Shown here in pieces: positions 36,102 to 49,713 of a stretch of 64,000 nt of DNA (its first letter is position 1; each line of letters opens with the position of its first letter). Under the pieces are notes generated by a model. That model had not been told where the DNA came from. It was given only the letters and a program-made list of their open reading frames with translations, and searched no databases. The position numbers and the translations under genes are program-made. This stretch comes from Octopus vulgaris (lineage: Eukaryota), in the NCBI GenBank assembly GCA_951406725.2, contig OX597825.1, positions 23,312,001-23,376,000 of the forward strand, read 5' to 3'.

Positions 36102-39100
36102 CAGTGGTTCTTAACCTTCTTACAACCACGCCTCCCTTAGGAATTTGTCCTTTTCTCCCCCACCACATCTATGAATAAAATTCCCTCCCAGATTTTAAAT
36201 AAAATCTGGAATGTTTTTAGTCTTTTTATTGAATATGAATTAGTCACATTGTTAATGAGATACTTGACACTGCTTCTTAGCTACAAGACCTTGAATGCTT
36301 CGTTGAATGCTAGAGAGTGCACAATGTAAGTCCCTTTCAATGTTCAACCTGTTTCTGTACTTGGTCTTGACAGCAATGAGCGAAGAAAATGCAACTTCAC
36401 AAAGATATGTGGATCCAAATATAGCTAAATCCGAAGAGCCTGATGTGAGATCAGAGAGTAAACAGGAAGGTACTTGATCTAGAAAATTTCAGGATCTAGT
36501 TCTTTGAAGTCTTCCTTAGCTGGGGAGTTGAACTTCAGCTCAAGAAACTCTTCTTGCACTTTATCCAAAACATCAGTCACCTCACACTGAAATGGGTTCC
36601 TGGTGAATTTTCAAGCTTCACGCTTTTCATTTATATCTGGGAAGTAACTGATGAATTCTGTTTTCAAGTCAGATGAGTGATTATTTGTTTCTTTAATTCA
36701 GAATCAAGGTTACCATGAATGAGAGTATTTCCCTGCTGAATTCAACATTTCCAGAGGTTGATTTTGGCCATGAAGGCACAAATGGTGTTGTGGTGCGTAA
36801 GAATGTTGATGCTTTTCCCTTGTAGTTAAAAGTCGAGAGCATTCAATGCGTTGAAGATGTCCACCAGGTAAGCTAGAGATAGCTGAAAGTCTTCAGATTG
36901 GAACTTGTCATGGAGATCTGCCTTCTGCTGCAAATCTAGAAATATTGCTACTTCTTCTTGTAGTTCATAAAGCCATCCAAGCATGTTCCCCCTTTGATAG
37001 CCATCTTATGTTTGTGTGAAAAAGCAATGCTTCATGTTCAGATTATGTATCTTTACACAACAATTTGAAAAGATGATTATTTAAGGCTTCACATTTAATA
37101 AAGTTGATAACCTTGATTGCCACGTTCAGGACTTTTCTTATTTTAGTAGGTAAGGTTCTGGATGTTAGGGCTTCATGATGACGTATGCAGTGTGTACCTA
37201 CAACAGATGGATTTTTTTCTTTCACACTAGTAATGAATCCAGACTGCTGACCAAGCATGGCTGGAGCTCCATCAGTGTACACCCCTACCAGCGAATCCCA
37301 CAAAAGTTGGTTTTCTTGAAAGAAGTTTGATACATCACGAAAGATAGCTACTGCTGTTGTACGACTATCTGCAAGGTGACAGAACAACATTTCCTCTTTT
37401 ACATAGTTACCTGACACAAAATGAGCATATACCTGAGAACACAGCATTTATCAGTTGTTTCGGTACACTGGATGGCAAAAACAGGAGAATTCCTTATTTG
37501 GTTGAGAATTTGATCTTTGATGTCTTGAGACAAGTCGTCGATCCTTCCCTTGACTGTATCGTTTGATAGTGAAATCTGGGAAAGCTTGTTTGCACTATCT
37601 TTCCTTAGAATGAGTTTTGCTGCATGGAGTAGACTTGGTTTTATGGGAGACTCTCCCATGTTATGGCTCTTCTTGCTCTTTGCAATCAACATGGCGATCT
37701 CATAGTTTGTTGCCGAAATGCCCCTCTACCGTCCAACTTAGTTTGCTTCAAGGAATGTCTTTTTGTTTCAAAGAATGCCTTGAGCTTATCTGCAAGAGTA
37801 GGATGTGTTGTCCTCAAGTAGCGTTCCAATCATGAGGGTTGCATTCCATCATTGCTCAAAGTTTTGTAACATATCATACACTGATGGACTTCTGTGTCAT
37901 CCTTTTGGAGGGACATGAATCTAATATATTCGTCAAGATACTTCTGTTGCTTTGCATTCATTGTGAATTATTTCATGTGCAGTGGCCAGCACAAATGTGT
38001 GAACTAAAGATAAGGCATGTGTAAGGTTATGTCAAGTTAGACTGCTTGGAGTAAAAAGTTCTGAAAAAAAATTAAAACAAAAAAAAATATTTCAATAAAA
38101 GTTAAATTAAAAGAAAAGTTCTATGGAAAACTTGTATAGTAAAATACCGTAAATCCTCGAGTATAATCCGCATTTTTTCCCCAAAATTCAAAGGTTAAAA
38201 TCCCTAGTGCGTACTATATACGAGGTTAAAAATGAAAATTATTTTCAAAGCAACGTCTGAGTCTCTATTTGCTATTCGGCAATGTTTATTCAGACGCATT
38301 TTGTGATGTCAGGCATGAAAATACCTTAAGCTAAGCCTGAAAGCAATGAAGTCATAAAAGAATCAGCCATAACTTGCAGTAAGCAACATTTATTAAACAT
38401 TATTATTGTTATTTCTTTATTTTCTGCAAACAAAATGCACAAAAAAGCTACACGTTTGCATTATGTTATATATACAATAATAATAAAGGACGTTATTGTA
38501 TACATTTTTACAAACCAAGGACATTATATAGACCTCCTTGACTCAAGTTAGAGAAGGTATGCGTATTATACACAAGGTTTAGGTTTTTCAGAGGTACAGC
38601 CTCCTAAAAGTCCCCTGCGTATTATACTCAAGGGCAGATTATACTCAAGGATTTACAGTATTCCTATGAGAATATAAAAAAAAGTTTCTTTAAAACAGAA
38701 AAGATTTTGCATAGCTTTAAGTTTTACCTAGTACTTTCTGTAATATTTAAATCTGAATTTTAGTTTAACATTTGGCTTTAAATTATAATTACTGTATTTT
38801 TAACATAAAAATTTAATATTAAAAATTTTGGTTTTATTGTTTAATCTTTTTATTTTTTCAATCTGAGTTTTAATTGTTTTGAGACTTTATTAAGTTGAAT
38901 GATAGTAGAACCTATTACATACTTCTTGTTTTATTTCCTATTTTTAATTACACTTTTCATCTTGCTAAAATTTTAAAATAGTTTTCAATTTTTAAAATTA
39001 AGTTAATATTTTTTAGTATGTTACTATAATGATTTGATAATATTTACAGCTTGTAAATATTTTTAAGAATCACATTATTTCATATATATGAAAACTGTGG

Positions 39101-39512
39101 ATCAAACTTGTTTATAATCTACTAACTGAAAAAAGATGTTTGTTTTTATATGATAATAATATCTAAGCTTTATACCAGTGGTTCATAACCTGAGTCTTGT
39201 TGTAACAAAAAAAAAAATTACAAAATAAAGGCAAATGTTAAAGCTACAATTCAGAATTAATGAGGCTTTCGAGGAATATGAAGTGGGGTCAATAAGTACA
39301 GAAAATGGTAAGCGGTGCTAAGATAATGTAATAAGAAAACTAAAGGTATAAGATGATAATTTTGCATTTTTTTCATAAACATCTTATTATTTGACCATGC
39401 TCTTGCTAAGAGAATAACAAATATAATTAGAGAAATTCTTGCTTTTTCTCAAGGGCTCGCACACTTTGGAAATTACTGATGCCCCCCCCCATCTCCAGGT
39501 TGAGAACCACTG
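36102..39512 (-). mobile_element. Decayed hAT (Charlie/Buster-type) transposon
   Basis: TIRs cagtggttcttaacct / aggttgagaaccactg, 8-bp TSD ctctaaac / ctttaaac. Minus-strand transposase fragments (~36240-37960): IAKSKKSHNMGE...ISLSNDTVKGRIDDLSQDIKDQ, YTDGAPAMLG, THCIRHHEAL, with many stops and frameshifts. The right boundary is ambiguous (see findings). Confidence 0.85.
38147..38658 (-). mobile_element. Tc2/pogo-like MITE, copy 2, nested in the hAT element
   Basis: TA|ccgtaaatcctcgagtataa ... ttatactcaaggatttacag|TA. Inverted relative to 34695-35172. Confidence 0.85.
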
Positions 39513-41807
39513 CTTTAAACAATTTTCCCATGTTCCTGTTAATTCAAGGGCAATCTAATCTTTGCAGTCATTCCTTTACCAAAGACATGAATACCAGAAA
39601 AAAAAAAAAAAAAATGTGAGGTACATTGCTAACCAGCTACATTTGGGGATGATTATATACAAAATACCAACGTTTTCCCAAAATATATCTTCTCGGTTAC
39701 TGTTCTAATTCTTAGAGGAATGTAAAAAAAAAGATAAAAACACTGATAAAGTTGTGTTTCTAATATTTTAATTAGGTAGTAGGATGGCGAATTGCAGAAT
39801 CATTAGCATGCCAGGCAAAATGCTTAGTGGTGTTTTGTCTGTCTTAAGATTCTGAATTCTAATTCTGTTGAGGTTGGCTTTGCCTTTCATCCTCTCAGGG
39901 TCAATAAAATAAGTAAGAATCAAGCACGAAGGTCAATGTAATCAACTTGCCTCCTTCCCTAAATTTACTGGCCTTGTATCAAAATTTGAGACCAATATTT
40001 TAATTATGTAGTGTATGAAATCTGTTTTCAATTAAATGTTCATCAATGAAATGGGACGCATATCCGGTTCTGTTGTTCAAGTGAAAAAGCATGAAGTCAC
40101 AAGTTTATATGACTGGATGTTTTAGCAAATGGTAATTTCAAATTTCCGCACCTGGCCAGTAATTTTGGGGGAGGGTGTAAGCCAATTACATTGACCCCAG
40201 TGTCCAACTGGTACTTATTTTATTGACCCCAAGAAGATGAAAGGCAAAGTCGACCTTGGTGGAATTTGAACTCAGAAAGTAAATCATCATCATCGTTTAA
40301 CATCCGTTCTCCATTCTAGCATGGGTTGGACAGTTCAACCGGGATCTGGGAAGCCAGAAGGCTGCACCAGGCTCCAGTCTGATCTGGCAGTGTTTCTACA
40401 GCTGGATGGCCTTCCTAACGCCAACCACTCTGTGAGTGTAGTGGGTGCTTTTTATGTGCCAGGCGTGGCTGGCGACAGCCACGATCAGATTGATGCTTTT
40501 TACGTGCCACCGGCACGGAAGACAGTCAAGGTGGCGCTGGTATCGGCCACATTCGGATGGTGCTTTTTACATGCCACCGGCACAGGGATCACAGGAGTAA
40601 AAACAGATGAAATGCCACTAAGCATTTTCTCCCAGCATGCTAACGATCCTGTGTGCTCACTGCCTTCTAATAATCCTCTCTACAATAAAGCCTGAAATTG
40701 GGGTAGAGTATTGTAAATTTTACCATCAGTCCATCTCGGTGGCATTTGAACTCAGAACATGGAAGAAATGCGAAGCATTCCATCCAGCAAGCTAAAGCTT
40801 CTGCCAAATTACCACCTTAAAAATAATAGTAATACTTTCTACTATAGGCACAAAACCTGAAATCTTGTTGGAGGAAATTAATCAATTTCATCAACCTCAT
40901 TACTTGACTGCTACTTATTTCATTGACCTGAAAAGTATGGAAGGCAAGTCGACCTCAATGGAATTTGAACTCAGAAAGTAAAGATGGATGAAATGCCATT
41001 AAATATTTTTGTCTGACATGCTATCAGTTCTGCCATTTCATCTTATGTGTGCATGAAATGTTCTAACATGGTAATTGGTGGCTAGTAAATTTACATATAA
41101 TAAATAATTTAGCTATGTGCTTTGCAAATAATGATTTCTTATTTCTTTATTGCCCACAAGGTGTTAAACATAGAGGGGACAAACAAGGACAGACAAAGGG
41201 ATTAAGTCGATTATATCGACCCCAGTGCATAACTGGTACTTAATTTATTGACCCCGAAAGGATGAAAGGCAAAGTCGACTTTGGTGGAATTTGAACTCAG
41301 AACATAAAAACAGACGAAATACCGCTAAGTATTTCACCTGGCGTGCTAATGTTTCTGCCAGCTCGCTTTGCAAATAATGGTTTCTGTTTGAGGTACAAAG
41401 CCAGCAATTTTAGTCGATATCATCAATCCCTCAGTAATTGATATGTACTTTATTTTATTGAACTCCAAAATATGAAAGGCAAAGTTGACATCATCGGGAT
41501 TTGAAACCAGAATGTAAAGTGTCACAGGAGATACTGACTGGTAATACACACACACATACACATTGATGAGATTTATTCAGTTTCGGTATACCAAATCCAC
41601 TGACAAGGCTTTGATTGGCCTAGGGTTATAGTGGAAAACGCTTGTTCTAGATGTCATGCTGTGGGATTGAACTTGAAACCATGTGGTTGAGAAGCAAACC
41701 TCCTACCACATTACCATTTAAGAAGACAAATTGAGGAAAGATTTTCTTGAAGTTAAAGTGTAGTTTAGTTTACTAAAGTAAAAGTACTGTTTAGTTTATT
41801 TAACGAC

Positions 41808-42060
41808 GGAGGCATGTGGCTTAGTGGTTAGGGTGTTTAACTCATGATCGTGAGATTGTGGTTTCGATTCCTGGACGGGGCGACACATTGTGTTCTTGAG
41901 CAAAACACTTCATTTCACGTTACTCCAGTCCACTCAGCTGGCAAAAATGAGTAACGCTGCGTTGGACTGGCGTCCCGTCAAGCTGGGGAACACATACGCC
42001 ATAGAAACCAGGAAACCAGGCCCATGAGCCTGGCTAGGCTTGAAAAGGGTGCATTTATAT
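41808..42060 (+). mobile_element. tRNA-derived SINE, family 4; representative
   Basis: Head ggaggcatgtggcttagtggttaggg...ggtttcgattcc, centre gttcttgagcaaaacacttcatttc. Other copies at ~3028-3243(-), 48050-48295(-) and 50890-51149(+, TSD atttcatttgtt). A related family occurs at 58948-59250(+) and 63150-63455(-). Confidence 0.85.
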
Positions 42061-43218
42061 TTTTTTTTATTTAATTTAAGTATGCAGAACTATTTGCCTA
42101 ATGTGGTTGTATGTGATTTGAGGGAAATTTATTTACTATTTCTAGAAGATTGAGCAACCATTGACTTCAATGAAGTGGTGTGGTTGCTACGTAACAAAAA
42201 TGAAGGCAACATCATATCTTATTTTGTAAGCTAGGAATTATGGGTTAATTTTGAATATTTATGAGAAACAAAAGTGGGAGAACATGACATAAATTACAAG
42301 CTTTTAATATATGTATCCTCAGTTTTGTATGTCTGGGCAGAGGTCAGGCTTTTTCAGATCTAAAAGTTTATAAAAACAATCTTGGCAACTAAAAGATCTC
42401 TTTTTATCTGATAGAGTTGCTAATTTATTCTATTATGTCTGCCCACTCGTTACTTGTTATTATTTGTTTCTGGGAAAATTAATTAAAAAAATGCTTTATT
42501 TCTATGGTTAGTTATACAACAGATCACCTTCTAAATTGTAACAAAGAAACAGAAAAAGAAAAGAAAGAAAAAGGGGTGAAGTAGCATAAGATGGAGGCGG
42601 AGGGGGCAATGGGTCACGTACCCCAGAACAAATGATATGCCCCATGGTAATGACTGCAATGGCGTTGCCACGGAGAACGGCCAGTCATACTTGCTTCAGC
42701 AACCACTCCATCGCGTGGGGCTCATTTTGTCAGATGGGCTGCCGTTATCCTTATTTTGTGGAGGAAATTGGTAGTATGGGATCCGAGAACACCTGATGTC
42801 TTGACAGCAGCTGACATAAACTCATAGTGGCCAGTCAGGCCCCTGTGTCTGTTGATTTTGCTCTCTTCTTCATTAAGGGTGGCAACACCCAGTTTGCCGC
42901 TGATGCAGCAAGGTTGGAGCCTTTATTATTGTAGTGTTAATAAAAATTTTCAGCTGCAAGAAAGATGGGGTCAGTCTCTCCTGTGTGATGCTTTAATGGT
43001 TGCAGCACCTGTTTGCTATATAAGCCAGCATAGAGTGTAGGGTGGGCAGGGTACAGCAAACTAAATACTGCCCTAGCTGGCACACTCAATTATGCCACTG
43101 GTTGAATGTACCTGTAAACCCAATCTTGTGCTTATGCCGTGTGTCTGCTTGTAAAGCTTGAGGTAGCATAATAAAATAAGGGGCACCAAATATTTCTGTT
43201 TTTTAATATTTTACTGAT

Positions 43219-44143
43219 CAGTGGTTAGAGCATAGTGCTTGAAATCATGAGACAGTGAGTTTGATTATCCAGACTGGGCTGTGTGCTGTGTTCTTGAGCA
43301 AGACACTTTATTCCACATTGCTGCCGTTCACTCAACTGCAGAGATGCGTTGCAACATCACTGGTACCACGCTGTATCGGCCTTTGCGTTTCCCTTGGATA
43401 ACATTGGTGGTATGAAGGCGAGAGGCTGGTATGTATGAGTGACTACTGGTCTATAAACAACTTTGCCTGTACTTGTGCCTGTAATCGACTTAATCCCTTT
43501 GTCTGTCCTTGTTTGTCCACTCTATGTTTAGCCCCTTGTGGACAATAAAGAAATAAGTACAAGGAAGGTTGTTTATGGACCAGTACCCATGCATTTAATG
43601 GTGTAGAGTAAAGGGTAAAAACCCATTTCTGTCAGGAATGACCATGGGATTGCAATGAGAAACTTACCCTCTCAGGCACAAGTACAAGCAAAGTTGTTTA
43701 TGGACTAGTATTCACCAATGCATTTACAGGTAAAGGGTAAATGCATGGGTGACTGCTGGTCCATAAACAAACTTGCCTGTGCTTGTGTTTCAGAGAGTAA
43801 CTTTATAGGTGCAATCCTTATAGACCCCTTCCTGTCATGAATGACCATGGGTAACTAGAAAGTTACCCTTTGAGGCACAAGTACAGGTAAAGTTGTTTAT
43901 AGACCAGCAGTCACCCATACATTCCAACCTCTCTCCTTCATGCCACCAATGTTATCCAAGGAAAACGCAAAGGCCGATACAGCGTGGTACCAGTGATGTT
44001 GCAACATGTCTCTGCAGTTGAGTGAACTGCAGCAACGTGGAATAAAGTGACTTGCTCAAGAACACAACACATAGCTCAGTCTGGTAATCAAACTCACTGC
44101 CTCATGATTGTAAGCCCTATGCTTTAACCACTGAGCCATGTGC
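43219..44143. repeat. Large inverted repeat made of tail-to-tail SINE copies with nested inverted fragments
   Basis: 43219-43480 is the reverse complement of ~43873-44133. Further partial copies at ~43555-43830 lie in both orientations. Confidence 0.88.
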
Positions 44144-46569
44144 TTTCAACTTGGGCCTAGTGTTAAATCAATGTGTTCTCTACATTTCAACTCTGGATTC
44201 TTCTGTAGCAAGCCAGATTTTTTCCGATCAAAGATAGATTTTTTGCCCCAATGTTTGAAACATGGAAAGGAAAGATATTTGCTTTAATATCATTCCTAGC
44301 TCAAAATTGTGAGCAAAACTTCCATATTCATACAAAAGTTACAGCTGTCTTTACCATATTTATTCTTTATCAGTATTGGTGTTTTGGTACCAGCCTTGGT
44401 ATTGCCATAAAGCAGGGCATGGAAATCAGAATTCAATTATGGTGTTTCCTTGCATTATAACTTTTTTTCTTAGACCATTAGTCGAATTACCAATTTCTAC
44501 ATTTCAGAGTGGTCTTTGAAATATACATGAAAAGACGCCACTAGATTAACAGACATGTATCCATATATCAGGTTTTTTTTGGTTGCTTAGGAACAGAAAA
44601 AAAAAAGAATACTATGATAACTATTTGAATTAGTGACAGAAGCATGTTTATCAATAAACAATATGGATTCTTGTAAAATATAAAACGAAGGCCAACAAAC
44701 TGGAAACAGATATTGTAACTTTGGATTTGGTATTAATGATAGCTGTGATGCATGAAAATCTACTTATACTCTGTGAAGTGGGCAGTCTCTCGTCACCGCA
44801 TGATTCGTGGATTATTGTAAAAAGGTCACAAGACATTGGAATCAACACTTGTAGATTATCTCATGATTTCTCAAGCAGTAAAATTCATGTAGAATAGTGT
44901 TTTGTAGTTCACATTTATAAGGCAATGAGTGAGAAGAACTGTTACCACACTAGACAAGATACTTAACAGCGTTTTTTTTCTGGTTTAACATTCTCAGTTC
45001 AAATTGTGCCACAGTCAGCTTTACCTTTCATCCTCTAGGGTTGATAAAATAAGTACCAGTCATGCACTGGGGTCGATGCCATCAATTTACTCCCTCCCAC
45101 TAAATTCTAGGTCTTGTGCCTATAGTAGAAATAATTAAATACTTTACTCTTTACTCTTTTACTTGTTTCAGTCATTTGACTGCGGCCATGCTGGAGCACC
45201 GCATTTAGTCAAGCAAATTGACCCCAGGCCTTATTCTTTGTAAGCTTGGTACTTATTCTATCGGTTTCTTTTTTCGAACCGCTAAGTTATGGGGACGTAA
45301 ACACACCAGCATCGGTTGTCAAGTGATGTTGGGGGACAAACATAGACACACAAACACACACACACACACACACACATATATACGACGGGCTTCTTTCAGT
45401 TTCTGTCTACCAAATCCTCTCACAAGGCTTTGGTCGGCCTGAGGCTATAGTAGAAGACACTGGCCCAAGGTGCCATGCAGTGGGACTAAACACGGAACCA
45501 TGTGGTTCGTAAGCAAGCTACTTACCACATAGCCACTCCTACGCCTATAACTACTTACCATACAGCCATTCCTACGCCTATCACAGTTATAAAAAATTGT
45601 TTTGCTTGTTATGAATAATAGCCTTCAGAGAATGTTATGAAAGCTATGTTATTTCACGATTCTCTATCCCTAATTTGAGCTATTTGCTTGACCCCTTGGG
45701 AAAGTGTATTCTACTATAACCTCTGGCCGACCAAGGCCTTGTGAGTGGATTTGGTAGAGGGAAACTGAAAGAAGCCTGTCATCATCATCATCGTCATGAT
45801 TTAGCATCCATTGTCTATGCTGGCATGGGTTGGACGGTTTGATCAGAGCTAGTAAGCTGGAAGGTTGCACCAGACTCCAGTATGATTAGGTATGGTTTCC
45901 TATGGCTGGATGCCCTTCCTAACACCGACCACTATGAGAGTAATGGGTGCCTTTGTGTGCCATTCTTGTGACATCAGTATCTGCCACGGCTATGATTTTG
46001 CTTGGCTTGGTGAGCCTTCTAAAGCACAACATAATGTCAAAATTCTCAATCATTGACTCCGTGAGGCCCAACACTCAAAAGGGACTCAGCTTCTTTGCCT
46101 TCGTGACTTTATATATATATATACATATATGTGTGTGTGTGTGTGTGTGTACACATACATGCATTCATAGATATATGCATACATACATACACGCATACAT
46201 ACATACACGCATACATACATACAATATATATATATATATATATACACACATACACACACACACATATCAATAAATATTTCCTTTTCTTTTGATTTCAGTC
46301 ATAAAAATCTTTTTATTTAATAATTGTATTATTTTGGCCATTTCTACTTCCGTTACAAAACGTAATTTTGTTGAGAAAGGTCGCATATGATTTTAATTCT
46401 GAACATAAATGGTTAAAGCAAAGACACCACGAAGAAGTCTCTCGTTTCTGTACACGGCGCTATGAATAGATTCAAACCAAAACATGGTATTTCTCATTCT
46501 TGTGTCTATGAACATCTCAATTTAGACTCTTTCACTTTCTTCCTCGTCATTGTTCTTTTATGCACCCAA

Positions 46570-47016
46570 CACACACACAGACACACACTTTGTCCTCAAG
46601 ATGGCCTGTCTACTATTCTGTATACATGACATACACACAGATACACATGTTAACCTATGAATAAATGTTCTCCAAATCTACTTGGTTGTGTCTCTCTCTT
46701 TTCCAACTGGTACACTATATGTATTATTTCAGCCTTCTGATATGAGTCGTTATTAGATGGTGTCGCTACACATCACCTTGACCATCTATGCTGGTAAAGG
46801 GTATTGATCGTTGTGGTCTCACATGGTGAAACTATCTAATAACGACTCCGTTCAGAAGGCTGGAGTAATACATATAATGTGCTAGTTGGAAAGAGAGAGA
46901 CACAGCCGAGTAGAATGTTTGAGAGAAGATTTATTGATAGGTTAACGTGTGTCTGTGTGTGTGTGTCATTTATACAGAATAGTAGACCGGCCATCATGAG
47001 AACAAAGTGTATGTGT
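46570..47016. repeat. Fold-back with ~190-bp imperfect arms and ~70-bp spacer
   Basis: 46570-46761 matches the reverse complement of 46831-47016 (e.g. gtctactattctgtata / tatacagaatagtagac; gagtcgttattagat / atctaataacgactc). Confidence 0.85.
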
Positions 47017-47364
47017 ATAGGTATAGCTGTAGGCATGTACACGGCGCTACGAATAGATTCAAACCAAAACATGCCTCAAAAATGAGAGAAAAAAAAATGT
47101 CTGTTGAAAGATGTTGAACAAAGGGAAATAATGACTTTCTTCTTTGTCTGTAGTTGTCTCCCTTACTACAAGGAAATTATTTGTATTCGCCTGTTGAACG
47201 AGTAGAATTTCTCACGGAAAAGTCTTTGAATTAATAAAGACATAGCGTTGCTGGGATTCGAACCGACTGGGCTTTCTATTTCCCAAGATTGATAGACAAA
47301 AACAATATAATTACTTCCGAATCGCGGGTGGAACATGAAGAACATTTTTATGATCCATCAAAAC

Positions 47365-47790
47365 AACGCGCGCGCGCGCGCACACACACATGCGTGTACA
47401 CACACACACGTATACACACGCATACATGTACATACGCATACACACACACGTACATGCACTCGCACACACATACTCACACGTATACACACACGCATACATG
47501 TACATACACACGTACATGCACTCACTCACATACACTTATACACACACGCGTACATGTATACATACACACAACACACACGTACGTGCACTCACACACATGC
47601 ACACACGTACACACACACATGCATACATGTACACACGCGTATACACACACACGCGAATGCACACATGCACGCAGACATACACGCGGACATACACACATGC
47701 ACACACACATACATACACACATGCACCTATGCACACACGTGTACACACACACACACACACATGCACACATATCTTACATATCAACTAATA
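47365..47790. repeat. Degenerate (AC)n/(ACAT)n microsatellite
   Basis: Directly visible. Confidence 0.95.
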
Positions 47791-48396
47791 TGTGCGTGTG
47801 GTTCGTATTTATTATATCAAAGTCGACAGTCTATTCAGAGTATGTCTCTGAGGCTGGACCTATTCAAACTCTCCCCATATATCTCCCCACGCACATAACA
47901 CGTGTGTGCATATACATTATAATGTGTGTGTGTGTACCTGTTTACTGTTTACCTCTTCCTTGTTTCAATCATTAGACTGTGACCATGCTGGGGCACCACC
48001 TTGACAGATTTAGTTGAACAAATCAACTCCGTATACATAGAGAAAAAATAAATAAATATGCCCTTTTTAAAGCCTAGCCAGGCTCATGGGCCCGGTTTCC
48101 TGGTTTCAATGGCGTATGTGTTCCCCTGCTGGACGGGACACCAGTCCATCGCTGCACTACTCATTTTTGCTAGTTGAGTGGACTGGAGCAACATGAAATG
48201 AAGTGTTTTGCTCAACAACACAACGCGTCGCCCGGTCGAGGAATCGAAACCACGATCTTACAATCATGATGCTGACACTCTAACCACTGAGCCACCCATT
48301 CAGTTTTAGTCAACATTAAACTTCAAGCACTCTAATAAGTAGGTAACTTCAGTCTTTTCTTTGTGTATACACACTCGTTACATACTTGACGTTTTT

Positions 48397-48985
48397 ATGT
48401 AGTTCAACGTGAACTTGTGATGAGATTGGTTGAATTTGTGTTCTTGGGATCACCCTGAAAATGGAGAACCAAAATGAACATTTTCAACACCTCATGGCCT
48501 TTTTTTATTTTAGAAATAAGCAAAGAAGTAGTGGAAAACTGCAGGAAGATATGTGCTGTGTATGGAGCAGATGCTTTTCCAAAATGTGTGTGCCAGAGGT
48601 GGCTTTTAAGATTTTGATCAGGAAAGTTTTTCAGTTCACAATGCTCCTCATTCTGGCAGGCCAGTTGAGATTAGCAGTAACAAAATGAAGAGGTTAGTCA
48701 ACACCAAGCTCCATTATAAGACCAGGTTGATCTCAGATATTTTCCAAATATCGAAACTACCTGCATCAAGCTGGTTATGCCAGCCGGCTAAATGTTTGGG
48801 TTCTGCATCAACTGAGTGCTGTCCATACACAGCACATATTTTCCTGCAGGTTTCCACTGATACCTTGCTTTTTTAAAAAAAAAAAAAAGCATAAGATGTT
48901 GATAATATTCATTTTGGTTCGCCATTTTCAGGATGATCCTGAGCAAATAGTAACCTATCTCATCACAAGTTAGTGTTAAACTATG
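48397..48985. mobile_element. Mariner relic with the 5' end duplicated in inverted orientation
   Basis: Plus strand MENQNEHFQHLM...LHQAGYASRLNVWVLHQLS (WVPHEL linker), then an inverted copy reading MANQNEYYQHLMLFFF on the minus strand. Confidence 0.82.
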
Positions 48986-49213
48986 TCTAAGTGTCCATCT
49001 CTGATACATTGGGGGGAAAAAAAATGACCCCTTTTTTTCTTTGAAGGGAATGGTGACAGGATGGAAAATGGTCAAGCAAATCGACCCCAGGACTTATTCT
49101 TTGTAAGCCTAGTACTTATTCTATCGATCGCTTTTGCCGAACTGCTAAGTTACGGGGACGTAAACACACCACCATCAGTTGTCAAGTGATGTTGGGTGAC
49201 AAACAAAGACACA

Positions 49214-49273
<60 letters not shown>

Positions 49274-49513
49274 AATATATACAACGTGCTTCTTTCAGTT
49301 TCCGTCTACCAAATCCACTCACAACGCTTTGGTTAGCCCGAGGCTATAGTAGAAGACACTTGCCCAAGGTACCATGCAGTGGGAACGAACCCGGAACCAT
49401 GTGGTTAGTAAGCAAGCTACTTACCACACAGCCACATAACACACACACACCCAAATAATATAAATTAGGGTTAGGGTTTGGTAATGGTATATATCTATAT
49501 CTATATCTATCAA

Positions 49514-49550
<37 letters not shown>

Positions 49551-49659
49551 GTGTATCTCCCTTGTTCGAAGGTTATATGGATACAGTTTGTGTATCAAAT
49601 AGCTAACTTAAGGCGATGGCCTCATGGAGCTAATAAGCGGACAGCTTTTTTCTTATTTT

Positions 49660-49713
<54 letters not shown>

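Noticed and set aside
36240-37960. Domesticated hAT gene (ZBED/SCAND3-like)
   Set aside because: Many stops and frameshifts, with TIRs still present; it is a decayed transposon.
47289-47975. 228-aa H/T-rich ORF
   Set aside because: Translation of an (AC)n-type microsatellite.
49466-49481. TTAGGG repeats as a telomere
   Set aside because: Only two to three units, interstitial.
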